From contig JASGMB010000003.1 in NCBI GenBank assembly GCA_030156665.1, positions 2,437 through 66,436 on the forward strand: a stretch of 64,000 nt of DNA. The letters are read 5' to 3'. Each line of letters starts with the position of its first letter. Within the stretch, counting starts at the first letter, position 1. A program made the position numbers and the translations under genes. Of the stretch, positions 49,405 through 58,868 are shown in pieces. The notes beneath the pieces were generated by a model. The model had not been told where the DNA came from. It saw only the letters and a program-made list of their open reading frames with translations, and did not search any database. This DNA is from Clostridiales bacterium. GTDB lineage: Bacteria; Bacillota; Clostridia; SK-Y3.

Positions 49405-49629
49405 TCTATTTATCCCCCTAAACCTACTACTTCACTAAAAAGATGTCAAAATCTTCGATTTTATTCTTCCAGGTAAACCAGCCTCACATGCCAACATACA
49501 AAATTGCCGGATGGTTATATCACTAAAAACTTCAGTTTTAATCTTATTATGAAGCGAAGCGTAATATCAAGACAATCTACCTTAATTTTTTATGCCGATA
49601 GGCACATCAATGCGCCGAAGGCGGTTGTC

Positions 49630-50610
49630 TTATTTTTTACGAGTTTCTCGTTCTTCATCAAATTTTTCATATGCCTTTATAATTTTTTGTACTAATGGGT
49701 GTCTTACTACATCACGGTCAGTTAAATAGCAAAATTCAATACCCTCTATATTTTTCAGCACTTTAATTGCTTCTTTTAAACCAGAGTGCGTACCACGGGG
49801 TAAATCAATTTGCGTAATATCGCCTGTGATGATTGCTTTTGAACCAAATCCAATTCTTGTAAGAAACATTTTCATTTGTTCAGGAGTAGTATTTTGTGCC
49901 TCATCTAAAATAATAAATGAGTTGTCAAGGGTTCGCCCTCTCATATACGCTAAAGGTGCAACTTCTATCATTCCTTTTTCCAGATACTTTAGATAAGTCT
50001 CCGCACCAATCATGTCATATAGAGCGTCGTAGAGCGGTCTTAAATACGGATCCACTTTATTCTGCAAATCTCCTGGAAGAAAACCCAGTTTTTCTCCTGC
50101 TTCCACAGCAGGTCTAGTAAGAATTATTCTATTTACTTCTTTATTTCTAAAGGCTGTAACTGCCATAGAAACGGCAAGATATGTTTTTCCTGTTCCAGCA
50201 GGTCCGACACCAAAAATAACAACATTGTTTTTGATTGCCTCAATATATTGTTTCTGCCCCAATGTTTTAGCTTTAATAGGTTTACCTTGTGCCGTTATGC
50301 ATATACAATCTTCTCCTAAAGTTTTTATCTTATCTTCTTGTCCTTCATTCACCAATGAGATGATATATCTTACAGCTTGTTCATTAATACTGTCACCCTG
50401 TGCAGATCTTTCTAATAAATTTTTTAAAACCTTTTCTGCATTAACAGTATTTTGGTCTTCTCCAATAATCTTTAGTTCAGTACCTCTATTAATAATTTTT
50501 ACATTGAATGTATCTTCAATAATCTTTACGTTTTCATCAAAACTACCAAAAACGTTTATTACTTGTTCTATTCCATCTATTTCTAAATTTTTTTCTGTTA
50601 TATTTTCCAA
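49630..50610 (-). CDS. phoH: PhoH-family ATPase (YqfE/PhoH-like)
   Basis: Walker A GPAGTGKTYLA, Walker B ILDEAQN and GD.TQIDLP. Confidence 0.92.
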   Translation of the reverse strand: MENITEKNLEIDGIEQVINVFGSFDENVKIIEDTFNVKIINRGTELKIIGEDQNTVNAEKVLKNLLERSAQGDSINEQAVRYIISLVNEGQEDKIKTLGEDCICITAQGKPIKAKTLGQKQYIEAIKNNVVIFGVGPAGTGKTYLAVSMAVTAFRNKEVNRIILTRPAVEAGEKLGFLPGDLQNKVDPYLRPLYDALYDMIGAETYLKYLEKGMIEVAPLAYMRGRTLDNSFIILDEAQNTTPEQMKMFLTRIGFGSKAIITGDITQIDLPRGTHSGLKEAIKVLKNIEGIEFCYLTDRDVVRHPLVQKIIKAYEKFDEERETRKK

Positions 50611-50621
50611 AAAAATACCTC

Positions 50622-51815
50622 CTAGTTTTTTATAATTTCATCCTGTATACCTATTTCTTCTATACATTCAATTACTAATTTTACTAATATATTATTTTCA
50701 TCTATAAAAATATGCTCTACTTTTTCATCTAATATTTCAACATCGGGAGAAAGTTGGCTGATTATATCTTCACGTAACAATTCTGTTCCCTGTGTAATAG
50801 CTTCCTCTATTTTTATTTTTTCTTTTTCTATTCTCACTTCTTCAAAAATATTGCTTTCCAATACAATCGGCAATATATAATTTTTCCCCAGACTTACTTC
50901 CTTTCTATGTGTAATTTTATCATAATTTGTATAAGGAATACTACTATTTACAAATAAATTTATTTTGTTGTTCATAATTTTTAATGTATATTTTGTTGTT
51001 TTACGATTAGTTTTAATCTTTTTTTCTCTTATCAAACCGATTTGTTTTGACTTTTCATACCACGTCCTTGCTCTAATAGATGCTATTGAATGGGTATATC
51101 GTATTCCTTCCACTTTACTGTCTGTTACACCACTTACCAATAACTGCCCCTTTTCTACTGTATCACCTTCTTTGACTACGGGATAACCGCTTTTGACGAC
51201 CATACTTTTGATTACTCCGTCTTTTGCAGCAATAATATTACACGGAATATGTTTTTCTAATATTTTAGGAGGTAATATTCTCTCTTTAATCTCGATAAAT
51301 GCTTTTGTTCCTTTTATTTCTATACCAATCCAAGATAAACGGTCCATCCTTAACATCATTTCATTTTCAATTGAATCGGTATCTAATCCTATTTTAAAGG
51401 AACCTACTTTAAAACCACATTGCTCTAGATACTTTAATATTTCCTCTTTAACGATATCTTTATTTCCAACTATTTCTATTACCCATATAAATGATGTCAT
51501 ATACCAGAGCAGGGCAAAAAATAATAAAACCCCTATCATAAAGGTTTTTCTTTTTCTATACCTATGCATTATAAAAGGGATTCCTTTTTTTGCTAATATT
51601 TTTACTCTACATTTGGTTTTGCGAACAATAGGTCTAATAGCTTTAAATCCTTTTATACTAATTTTTAACTTCATTGTATAACTGTTAATCTTTTTTACAT
51701 CCCACAAATAAATCTGTCTTCGGGCACAGATATTAATAAATTTCTCAAGGAAATAGCCTTCAACTAAAATAATAAGATATCCCCTAAAAAAATTAAATAA
51801 GTTGACCAATAACAT
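50622..51815 (-). CDS. yqfD: Sporulation protein YqfD
   Basis: 397 aa with one central TM segment, YqfD-like repeats, and position directly downstream of yqfC. Confidence 0.85.
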   Translation of the reverse strand: MLLVNLFNFFRGYLIILVEGYFLEKFINICARRQIYLWDVKKINSYTMKLKISIKGFKAIRPIVRKTKCRVKILAKKGIPFIMHRYRKRKTFMIGVLLFFALLWYMTSFIWVIEIVGNKDIVKEEILKYLEQCGFKVGSFKIGLDTDSIENEMMLRMDRLSWIGIEIKGTKAFIEIKERILPPKILEKHIPCNIIAAKDGVIKSMVVKSGYPVVKEGDTVEKGQLLVSGVTDSKVEGIRYTHSIASIRARTWYEKSKQIGLIREKKIKTNRKTTKYTLKIMNNKINLFVNSSIPYTNYDKITHRKEVSLGKNYILPIVLESNIFEEVRIEKEKIKIEEAITQGTELLREDIISQLSPDVEILDEKVEHIFIDENNILVKLVIECIEEIGIQDEIIKN

Positions 51816-51825
51816 TCTTCCACCC

Positions 51826-52116
51826 CTAAGATATAAATTCTAGTGTCAAAATCTCCCCCAGTATGAGTATTTCTTCTGCTGTGATCGTTTTGATTTCAAG
51901 TTTTTGACCTGTTATCTTTATCATATAAGGATTGGTATTTATTCTAATGATTTTATCACTATATTCAATAATGCCTTTATAATTTTCAATAGAAAGATTT
52001 TTATTCCCAATAAAAATCAATTTAGGAACATCTAAAATGATTTCACTTGGGAGTTCCAATATCTCACTTACCTTCTCTTTTATATCTTTTTTTTCTTTAT
52101 TCTCCTTTTTTCTCAC
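51826..52116 (-). CDS. yqfC: Sporulation protein YqfC
   Basis: 96 aa with the LELP.EI.LD.PK....GN..L.IENYKGI.EY pattern of YqfC. GTG start with GGGGG RBS. Confidence 0.85.
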   Translation of the reverse strand: MRKKENKEKKDIKEKVSEILELPSEIILDVPKLIFIGNKNLSIENYKGIIEYSDKIIRINTNPYMIKITGQKLEIKTITAEEILILGEILTLEFIS

Positions 52117-52204
52117 TAAGTACGCCCCCTTTTTGGGTGTTTTATTACATCAATGTTGGTAATAGACCATAGTAAAATTTATGCAAAAAAAAAAGGCTTA
52201 ATGC

Positions 52205-53476
52205 CTATTTATTTTTGATTAATCTCTGGTACTGTCCTATCTGGTCTTCTACTTTATTTTTTCCAGGAATATAATATGTAACATTCTTAAGATTATCCGG
52301 TAGGTATTGCTGCTCTACATAATTATTTTTGAAATGATGCGGGTACTTATAATCCACCCCTCGTCCCAAACCACTTGCTCCTTCATAATGTGCATCTTTA
52401 AGGTGTAGAGGTATATCTCCAATATCTTTAGTATCAATATCATTAAGAGCAGCATCAATAGCAGTTATTACAGAATTTGATTTGGGTGCAGTAGCTAGTA
52501 TTAATGTCGCCTGTGCTAAATTTATTCTTGCTTCCGGCAAACCAACCTGCATTGCTGCATCGACACAACTTTTTACTATTGATATCGCATTTGGATATGC
52601 TATACCGATATCCTCCGAAGCAATAACCAGTAATCTTCTGCAAATAGAAATTAAATCTCCAGCTTTTATTAGTCGTGCAAGATAATGTATAGCTGCATCT
52701 GGGTCACTACCCCTGATTGATTTTTGAAAAGCACTTAAAATATCATAGTGACTATCTCCTGATTTATCGTAATTTAGAATTTTTTTTTGTGTACATTCTT
52801 GTATCGTATCTAAAGTAATATATATAACACCTTCATCATTCACTTTAGCAGAATATATTGCCAATTCAAGGGTACTGATAGCTTTTCTTAAATCACCGTT
52901 ACTGACTTCAGCAATGTAATCTAAAACATCTTCATCATATTTTATACATGTATCATTTAAATCATGTTTTACAATTTCTACAGCCCTTTTTAATGCTTGA
53001 ATGATATTATGTTTGCTTAATAGTTTAAATTCAAAAATATGAGATCTGCTCAAAATTGCATTATATATGTAAAAATACGGATTTTCAGTGGTGCTTGCAA
53101 TCAGTGTAATTTGCCCATTCTCAATATACTCTAATAATGATTGCTGCTGTTTTTTATTAAAATTTTGTATCTCATCTAAATATAATAGTACTCCGTCAGT
53201 ATTCATCAACGTATTTAAGTCATTTATAATTTCTTTAATATCCTTTACCGATGCATTTGTAGCATTTAACTTATAGAATGTTCTATTTGTTATCTTTGCT
53301 GCTATGTTGGCAACTGTTGTCTTTCCTGTTCCAGGCGGACCATAAAATATCATATTAGTTATATGCCCAGATGATAATATTCTGTGTAAAATTTTATTTT
53401 CTCCTAATAAATGTTCCTGTCCCACTACATCTTCAAGAGTACTTGGCCTTATCCGATCGGCTAATGGTTTTACCAT
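52205..53476 (-). CDS. rarA: Replication-associated recombination protein A (RarA/MgsA AAA+ ATPase)
   Basis: PLADRIRP..L.DVVGQEHL, Walker A GPPGTGKTT, DEIQNFNK and the C-terminal MgsA domain (SAFQKSIRGSDPDAA.HYLARL). Confidence 0.92.
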   Translation of the reverse strand: MVKPLADRIRPSTLEDVVGQEHLLGENKILHRILSSGHITNMIFYGPPGTGKTTVANIAAKITNRTFYKLNATNASVKDIKEIINDLNTLMNTDGVLLYLDEIQNFNKKQQQSLLEYIENGQITLIASTTENPYFYIYNAILSRSHIFEFKLLSKHNIIQALKRAVEIVKHDLNDTCIKYDEDVLDYIAEVSNGDLRKAISTLELAIYSAKVNDEGVIYITLDTIQECTQKKILNYDKSGDSHYDILSAFQKSIRGSDPDAAIHYLARLIKAGDLISICRRLLVIASEDIGIAYPNAISIVKSCVDAAMQVGLPEARINLAQATLILATAPKSNSVITAIDAALNDIDTKDIGDIPLHLKDAHYEGASGLGRGVDYKYPHHFKNNYVEQQYLPDNLKNVTYYIPGKNKVEDQIGQYQRLIKNK

Positions 53477-53587
53477 ACATACCTCCCCATCATTTTCATA
53501 TATTATAAATCTATAAGCTAAAAACAATCTAATGATTTGTTTAGTATCATTTTATCACATTAACTAATTGTACCTCTGACATAAAGC

Positions 53588-53617
53588 AAGGAGCAAGGAT
53601 ACGTTCCTCACTCCCTC
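53588..53617 (-). terminator. Stem-loop downstream of glyA (probable terminator)
   Basis: Minus strand GAGGGAGTGAGGAACGTATCCTTGCTCCTTGC folds as a nested GGAG..AGGA/TCCT..CTCC stem, followed by TTTAT. Confidence 0.45.
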
Positions 53618-53636
53618 GTTTATTCTTTATTTAACA

Positions 53637-54872
53637 TTAATATAATGGATATTTGTCACACAACATTTTAACTCTATTTTTAATTTCTTCTTTTTTATTA
53701 TCAAAATCCACAATTGTAAGCTTAATTAATCTCGCAATTTCTATCATATCTTCTTCTGTCATTCCCCTAGTCGTAACTGCAGGCGTTCCCACTCTGATAC
53801 CGCTGGTTACAAAAGGACTTTCCGGGTCAAAAGGTATAGTATTTTTATTCACTGTAATACCCACTTCATCTAACATTTTCTCAGCAATTTTCCCAGTAAC
53901 TTTCATATTTCTTAAATCGATTAACATTAAATGATTGTCGGTACCGCCAGAAACCAAGTTAAAACCTTCTTCCATCAATGCCTGTGACAATGCAGAAGCA
54001 TTTTTTATGATTTTCTTTTGGTAATTGCGAAAATCCTCTTCCAAAGCTTCCTTAAAAGCTACTGCTTTCGCAGCAATAACATGCATCAAAGGTCCACCCT
54101 GGGTGCCCGGAAAGATTGCTTTATCAATGACTTTAGCAAACTCTTCCTTACACAATATCATTCCACCACGTGGTCCTCTTAGAGTTTTATGTGTGGTGGT
54201 TGTAACGAAATGGGCATAAGGCACTGGATTTGGGTGCAATCCAGCAGCTACCAATCCTGCTATATGCGCCATATCTACCATCAGATAAGCACCTACTTCA
54301 TTTGCAATTTCGCTAAAAGCTGCAAAATCGATTGTTCTTGGATATGCACTAGCACCTGCAACAATAATCTTAGGACAATTTTCTTTCGCTAGTCTTCTTA
54401 CTTCATTGTAATCGATGGTGTGCGAGTCCTTATTAACTCCATAAGGGACGACATTATAATATGTACCCGATATATTCACTGGGCTACCATGAGTAAGGTG
54501 CCCACCATGTGAAAGATTCATACCTAAAATCGTATCCCCAGGTTTTAGCACTGCAAAGTACACTGCGGCATTTGCCTGTGCACCAGAATGAGGTTGAACA
54601 TTAGCATGATCTGCACCAAAAATCATTTTAGCTCTTTCAATCGCTAACCTTTCAACAATATCAACACACTCACATCCACCGTAGTATCTTTTACCCGGAT
54701 ATCCTTCAGCATATTTATTGGTAAGCGGTGTTCCCATAGCTTCCATTACAGCAGGACTAACAAAGTTTTCTGAAGCAATAAGTTCAATCTTATTTCTCTG
54801 ACGATTTACTTCTAATTCTATAGCTTCAGCAACTTCCGGGTCAACCTTTTTTACTTCATTTGTACTATACAT
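53637..54872 (-). CDS. glyA: Serine hydroxymethyltransferase
   Basis: [15 protein letters not shown] and the PLP-lysine motif [14 protein letters not shown]. Confidence 0.97.
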   Translation of the reverse strand: MYSTNEVKKVDPEVAEAIELEVNRQRNKIELIASENFVSPAVMEAMGTPLTNKYAEGYPGKRYYGGCECVDIVERLAIERAKMIFGADHANVQPHSGAQANAAVYFAVLKPGDTILGMNLSHGGHLTHGSPVNISGTYYNVVPYGVNKDSHTIDYNEVRRLAKENCPKIIVAGASAYPRTIDFAAFSEIANEVGAYLMVDMAHIAGLVAAGLHPNPVPYAHFVTTTTHKTLRGPRGGMILCKEEFAKVIDKAIFPGTQGGPLMHVIAAKAVAFKEALEEDFRNYQKKIIKNASALSQALMEEGFNLVSGGTDNHLMLIDLRNMKVTGKIAEKMLDEVGITVNKNTIPFDPESPFVTSGIRVGTPAVTTRGMTEEDMIEIARLIKLTIVDFDNKKEEIKNRVKMLCDKYPLY

Positions 54873-55244
54873 TTATAACACCCTTTCGTAAATAATAAAT
54901 ATGAAATAATAAACTATTATTAATAAAACGCTGTTATGTTCTACTAAAAAGTTTAAATACTCAAAAGACATATATAAATTATCTTATTTAGAAATTATAT
55001 ATTGTATATTATACGTTTTAAATTATTCTTTTACAAGACTTTTGGTGATATTTTGAAATTCATGATGACTATTTAATTTTTATGCAATATAAATTATAAT
55101 AAATTATGGTTCATCAACGATTTTTGTGAAAAATGGGGTGTCAAGGATTTTTTATATGTGATTTATTCCATATTAATTTATGAAATCCTTATAAATACTG
55201 ACTTTCAGAAAACTCCTTGGTAATAATTACATGTAAAAAAACTC

Positions 55245-56072
55245 TTGACCACAAAATTCGTTGTTGACCCTAATTTATTTAATGTGGTGAAAAATGTGAC
55301 ACAAAAATTTAACAGAGATATTCTCAAGTTAGTTACTTTAGCAGGTCAAATTATGTTAGAAAATGGTGCAGAGACCTACCGAGTTGAGGATACTATTGAG
55401 CACATCTGTCGTGCAACGAATATAAAAAGTGTAAATACTTTTGCAACACCAACAGGTATCTTTATTTGTATCCAAACACCAAATGATGAATATCACACAA
55501 CCATTAAAAGAGTGACAAAACGAACTACTAATTTATCAAAAGTTTACCATGTTAATAATATTTCAAGGCAGTTTGTATTACAAGAAATTAGTATTACACA
55601 AGCTTTATCATCATTGGAGGAATTAAGCCACACTCATTCGCTTAATATTCTATTTTCTATCTTTGTTACAGGAGTTTGCTCTGGCTTTTTTGCTTTGTTG
55701 CTTGGTGGTGCTTTATGGGATGGTATGATTGCTACTTTTTGTGGAGGCTTTATTCGACTTGTTGCAATTATATTATATAATAAAGATATTTCTGGCTTTT
55801 TAGTAAACTTAGTTAGTGGTTCAATTACCGCTATGATTGCCATACTCTTTTCTGAAATATTAAAAGTGGGACATATAGATAAAATTATCATTGGCTCTAT
55901 TATGCCTCTATTACCCGGTATTGCCATCACTGGTGCTATTCGTGATACAATATATGGTGATCTTGTTTCGGGTACATCCCGTGGTGTGGAAGCACTATTA
56001 ATCGCAATTTCTATTGCTTCTGGTGTTGGGATTGTTTTAAGAGTGTGGCTCTTTCTTCAAGGAGGATTATGA
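55245..56072 (+). CDS. Threonine/serine exporter family protein, ThrE N-terminal-type subunit (DUF1212)
   Basis: LENGAETYRVEDTI motif plus 5 TM segments. The start is uncertain: TTG at 55245 has no clear RBS, and in-frame GTG codons lie about 40 nt downstream. Confidence 0.78.
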   Translation: MTTKFVVDPNLFNVVKNVTQKFNRDILKLVTLAGQIMLENGAETYRVEDTIEHICRATNIKSVNTFATPTGIFICIQTPNDEYHTTIKRVTKRTTNLSKVYHVNNISRQFVLQEISITQALSSLEELSHTHSLNILFSIFVTGVCSGFFALLLGGALWDGMIATFCGGFIRLVAIILYNKDISGFLVNLVSGSITAMIAILFSEILKVGHIDKIIIGSIMPLLPGIAITGAIRDTIYGDLVSGTSRGVEALLIAISIASGVGIVLRVWLFLQGGL

Positions 56073-56512
56073 TAAACATGCTTATTGGTCTAATTTATCA
56101 AGTACTCTATTCCTATTTTGCAACTGTATTTTTTGCATACATTTTTAACGCACCAAAAAATTCCATATTGATAATTGGAGTAAATGGGTCACTAGGTTGG
56201 TTGATATATTCATATTTTTATAGTGTATACCATAGTGGAATTTTTAGAAGCTTTATTGGTGCATTAACAGTGGCAATATTGAGTGAACTTTTTGCCCGAT
56301 GGTTTAAAATGCCGGCAACCATTTTTTTGACTGCTGGAATCATTCCTTTAGTCCCGGGTGCCGGTCTATATTACACGATGCTTGAACTCATTCAAAAAAA
56401 CTATAGTGATGCAGTCAATAAAGGCATTGAAACTGTATTTATAGCAGGTTCAATCTCTATAGCAATTGCAATCAGTTCTTCCATCTTTAATAAGCAAATA
56501 AATAAAACATAA
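56069..56512 (+). CDS. Threonine/serine exporter family protein, small subunit (DUF3815)
   Basis: 4-5 TM segments with the IIPLVPG motif. ATGA overlap with the upstream gene and AAGGAGG RBS. Confidence 0.78.
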   Translation: MINMLIGLIYQVLYSYFATVFFAYIFNAPKNSILIIGVNGSLGWLIYSYFYSVYHSGIFRSFIGALTVAILSELFARWFKMPATIFLTAGIIPLVPGAGLYYTMLELIQKNYSDAVNKGIETVFIAGSISIAIAISSSIFNKQINKT

Positions 56513-56546
56513 TCTAAAACATTCAGTATAAATGGAGGAGTTAGTT

Positions 56547-57197
56547 ATGAGAGATATAAATCATAATAAAAAAAGAGTTTTAGAGATCCGCAACATTTTT
56601 GACAAACTATACAACAATGCCGATTGTTCTTTGGAGTATAAAGACCCGTTACAATTACTCATTGCTACCCAACTCGCAGCTCAATGTACCGATGAAAGAG
56701 TTAATATTGTAACAAAAGATTTATTTCAAAAATACAAAGATGTTTATGACTTTGCCAATGCAGATGTTTCTGAGTTAGAACAGGATATTAAATCAACAGG
56801 CTTTTACAGAAACAAGGCACGAAATATCATTAATTGTTGTAAGATGATTATACAAGACTTTAATGGCAAAGTACCTAACAATCTAGAAGACTTGCTAAAA
56901 TTACCTGGTGTTGGTAGAAAAACTGCTAATCTTGTACTAGGGGATATTTTTGGTATTCCCGGTATTGTTGTAGATACACATGCCAAACGTCTTTCCAATA
57001 GAATTGGACTTACTCGACATTCAGACCCGACTAAGATTGAATTCGATCTTATGGAGATTGTCCCTAAAGATTATTGGTCAAAATTTTGTCATCAACTTGT
57101 TTATCATGGACGAGCAATTTGTAATGCTCGAAAACCGAAATGTGAAGAATGTCCAATCAGCCACCTATGTGATTTTGTAAATAAAGCATACAACTAA
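56547..57197 (+). CDS. nth: Endonuclease III
   Basis: HhH-GPD motif LPGVGRKTANLVL, catalytic VDTH and the 4Fe-4S loop C..RKPKCEECP....C. ATG at 56547 follows GGAGG. Confidence 0.93.
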   Translation: MRDINHNKKRVLEIRNIFDKLYNNADCSLEYKDPLQLLIATQLAAQCTDERVNIVTKDLFQKYKDVYDFANADVSELEQDIKSTGFYRNKARNIINCCKMIIQDFNGKVPNNLEDLLKLPGVGRKTANLVLGDIFGIPGIVVDTHAKRLSNRIGLTRHSDPTKIEFDLMEIVPKDYWSKFCHQLVYHGRAICNARKPKCEECPISHLCDFVNKAYN

Positions 57198-57247
57198 GAT
57201 TAAGATTGCGGTTAAACCATAAAATATTAACCTCAATCTTAATCTTA
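57195..57247. terminator. Bidirectional terminator between convergent nth and glgA
   Basis: TAAGATTAAGATTG..GGTTAA-loop-TTAACC..CAATCTTAATCTTA, a long composite stem. Confidence 0.65.
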
Positions 57248-57250
57248 CTT

Positions 57251-58720
57251 TCATTCTTTATTTTTTTTCATTGCCAGGTAAAATAAGTCAATGTATTTGT
57301 TTGCCTGTTTATCCCATGAAAAATCAGTGTCAAGTGCGGACTGTACAAGTATATTCCATATATCTTTTTTTTCATTGTATATTAACAAACATCTTTTTAT
57401 TGTTTCTAAAAGTGCTTCCGGTGTATAACTTTTAAATACAAAGCCATTTCCTGTTTTGGTGTCCAAGTTAAAATCTTCTATTGTATCTACTAACCCACCT
57501 ACTGCTCTAACGATTGGAATAGTCCCATAAGTCAAGCTTATCAGCTGCCCTAGTCCACAGGGCTCAAACCGCGACGGCATTAAAAAAATATCTGATGCTG
57601 CGTATATTTTGTGTGCAAGAGATTCATTAAATTCAATAAAAGTAGCCGCTTTATCCGGATATCTAATCTGTATGCTTTTAAACATTTCTTCATAATAAGG
57701 ATCACCAATACCAAGTACCACCAATTGAATATCATACTTCATCAAATCTTCAACAATCTCGTCAATTAGATCCAATCCTTTTTGGTCTACTAACCGATGT
57801 ACTATCCCAATCATTGGAATATCTTTTATCGGGAGACCTATTTCTTTTTGTAAGTGAAATTTATTGTCTTTTTTATTGTCCAAGCTGTGTTTATCATAGT
57901 TTTTATATAGCATCACATCAGTTTTTGGATTAAATTGCTCAGTACTTATTCCATTTACAATTCCATATAAATCTTTTAACCTCGTTTTCAGCACACCCTC
58001 TAATCTTTCACCAAATTCTTCTGTTAGAATTTCTTCAGCATATCTTTCGCTTACAGTATTGATAACATCAGCATATAATATGCCAGTTTTTAAAAAATTA
58101 AACCGACCATAAAATTCTAATTTGTCAGGAACAAAATATGATTCATCCACTTCAAAGTATCTCAAAATATCTTTAGAATAAATCCCTTGATATTGCAAAT
58201 TATGAATTGTGAAAACTGTAGATATCTTTTTATAGAATACGGAATTTTTATACTTGTATTTTAATAAAAAGGTGATGGGCCCCGTATGCCAATCATTACA
58301 ATGAATAATATCAGGTTGAAAATTTATATAAGGGAGCATATCTAAAACTGCCTTGCAAAAAAAAGCAAATCTTTCTGCATCATCCAAATGGCAATACATA
58401 CCATCCCTATCATAATAATGATAGTTATCTATAAAATATATTGGAACCTCCTTTATGTCACCTTCGAACTTAAAACTAACTACTGTCCCCCGCACAATAC
58501 AAGTTTCTTTTCTCCAATCCATTTGAATAGGAAAATCAGTAATATAGGACATTGATTGTTTAATTTCTTTATATCGTGGCATCACAATTCTTACATCGTT
58601 CCCTTTAGCTGCTAATGCTTGTGGTAAGGAACCTGCAACATCAGCAAGCCCGCCCGACTTCGCAAAAGGTGCCACCTCAGCAGATACAACCAGTATTTTT
58701 AATACCTTTTTTTGTTTCAA
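57251..58720 (-). CDS. glgA: Glycogen synthase (ADP-glucose type)
   Basis: N-terminal EVAPFAKSGGLADV (KTGGL-type) motif with GT5/GT1 domains. TTG start 9 nt after GGAGG. No glgC/glgB in the window. Confidence 0.92.
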   Translation of the reverse strand: MKQKKVLKILVVSAEVAPFAKSGGLADVAGSLPQALAAKGNDVRIVMPRYKEIKQSMSYITDFPIQMDWRKETCIVRGTVVSFKFEGDIKEVPIYFIDNYHYYDRDGMYCHLDDAERFAFFCKAVLDMLPYINFQPDIIHCNDWHTGPITFLLKYKYKNSVFYKKISTVFTIHNLQYQGIYSKDILRYFEVDESYFVPDKLEFYGRFNFLKTGILYADVINTVSERYAEEILTEEFGERLEGVLKTRLKDLYGIVNGISTEQFNPKTDVMLYKNYDKHSLDNKKDNKFHLQKEIGLPIKDIPMIGIVHRLVDQKGLDLIDEIVEDLMKYDIQLVVLGIGDPYYEEMFKSIQIRYPDKAATFIEFNESLAHKIYAASDIFLMPSRFEPCGLGQLISLTYGTIPIVRAVGGLVDTIEDFNLDTKTGNGFVFKSYTPEALLETIKRCLLIYNEKKDIWNILVQSALDTDFSWDKQANKYIDLFYLAMKKNKE

Positions 58721-58824
58721 AAAAATTACCTCCAGTTATTAAAATACTAAAATATTTTTAATTATTTCACAAATATATATAAATCAATCTATAAACACTC
58801 ATTATATCTATCATTATATGTAGA

Positions 58825-58856
58825 GAAAGTATTCTAATATGTTTTAGAATACTTTC
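58825..58856 (-). terminator. Perfect 13-bp hairpin downstream of the histidine kinase gene
   Basis: GAAAGTATTCTAA-tatgtt-TTAGAATACTTTC. No clear U-tract on either strand, so its role (terminator or operator) is uncertain. Confidence 0.4.
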
Positions 58857-58868
58857 AGCACTACAAAA

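Noticed and set aside
49477-49488. 12-mer ACCAGCCTCACA, identical to the core of the PyrR box at 10504-10515, which would suggest a second PyrR site upstream of pgpH.
   Set aside because: The flanking PyrR-box features (UUUAA, AGUCC, downstream AAGG, adjacent terminator) are missing. Exact 12-mer repeats are expected by chance many times in a 64-kb two-strand comparison.
54985-55035. AT-rich TTAGAAATTATATATTGTATATTATACG, superficially resembling a Firmicute dif/Xer site.
   Set aside because: Only the central TATATATT stretch aligns. The conserved right arm TTATGTAAACT and left arm ACTTCCTAGAA are not present.
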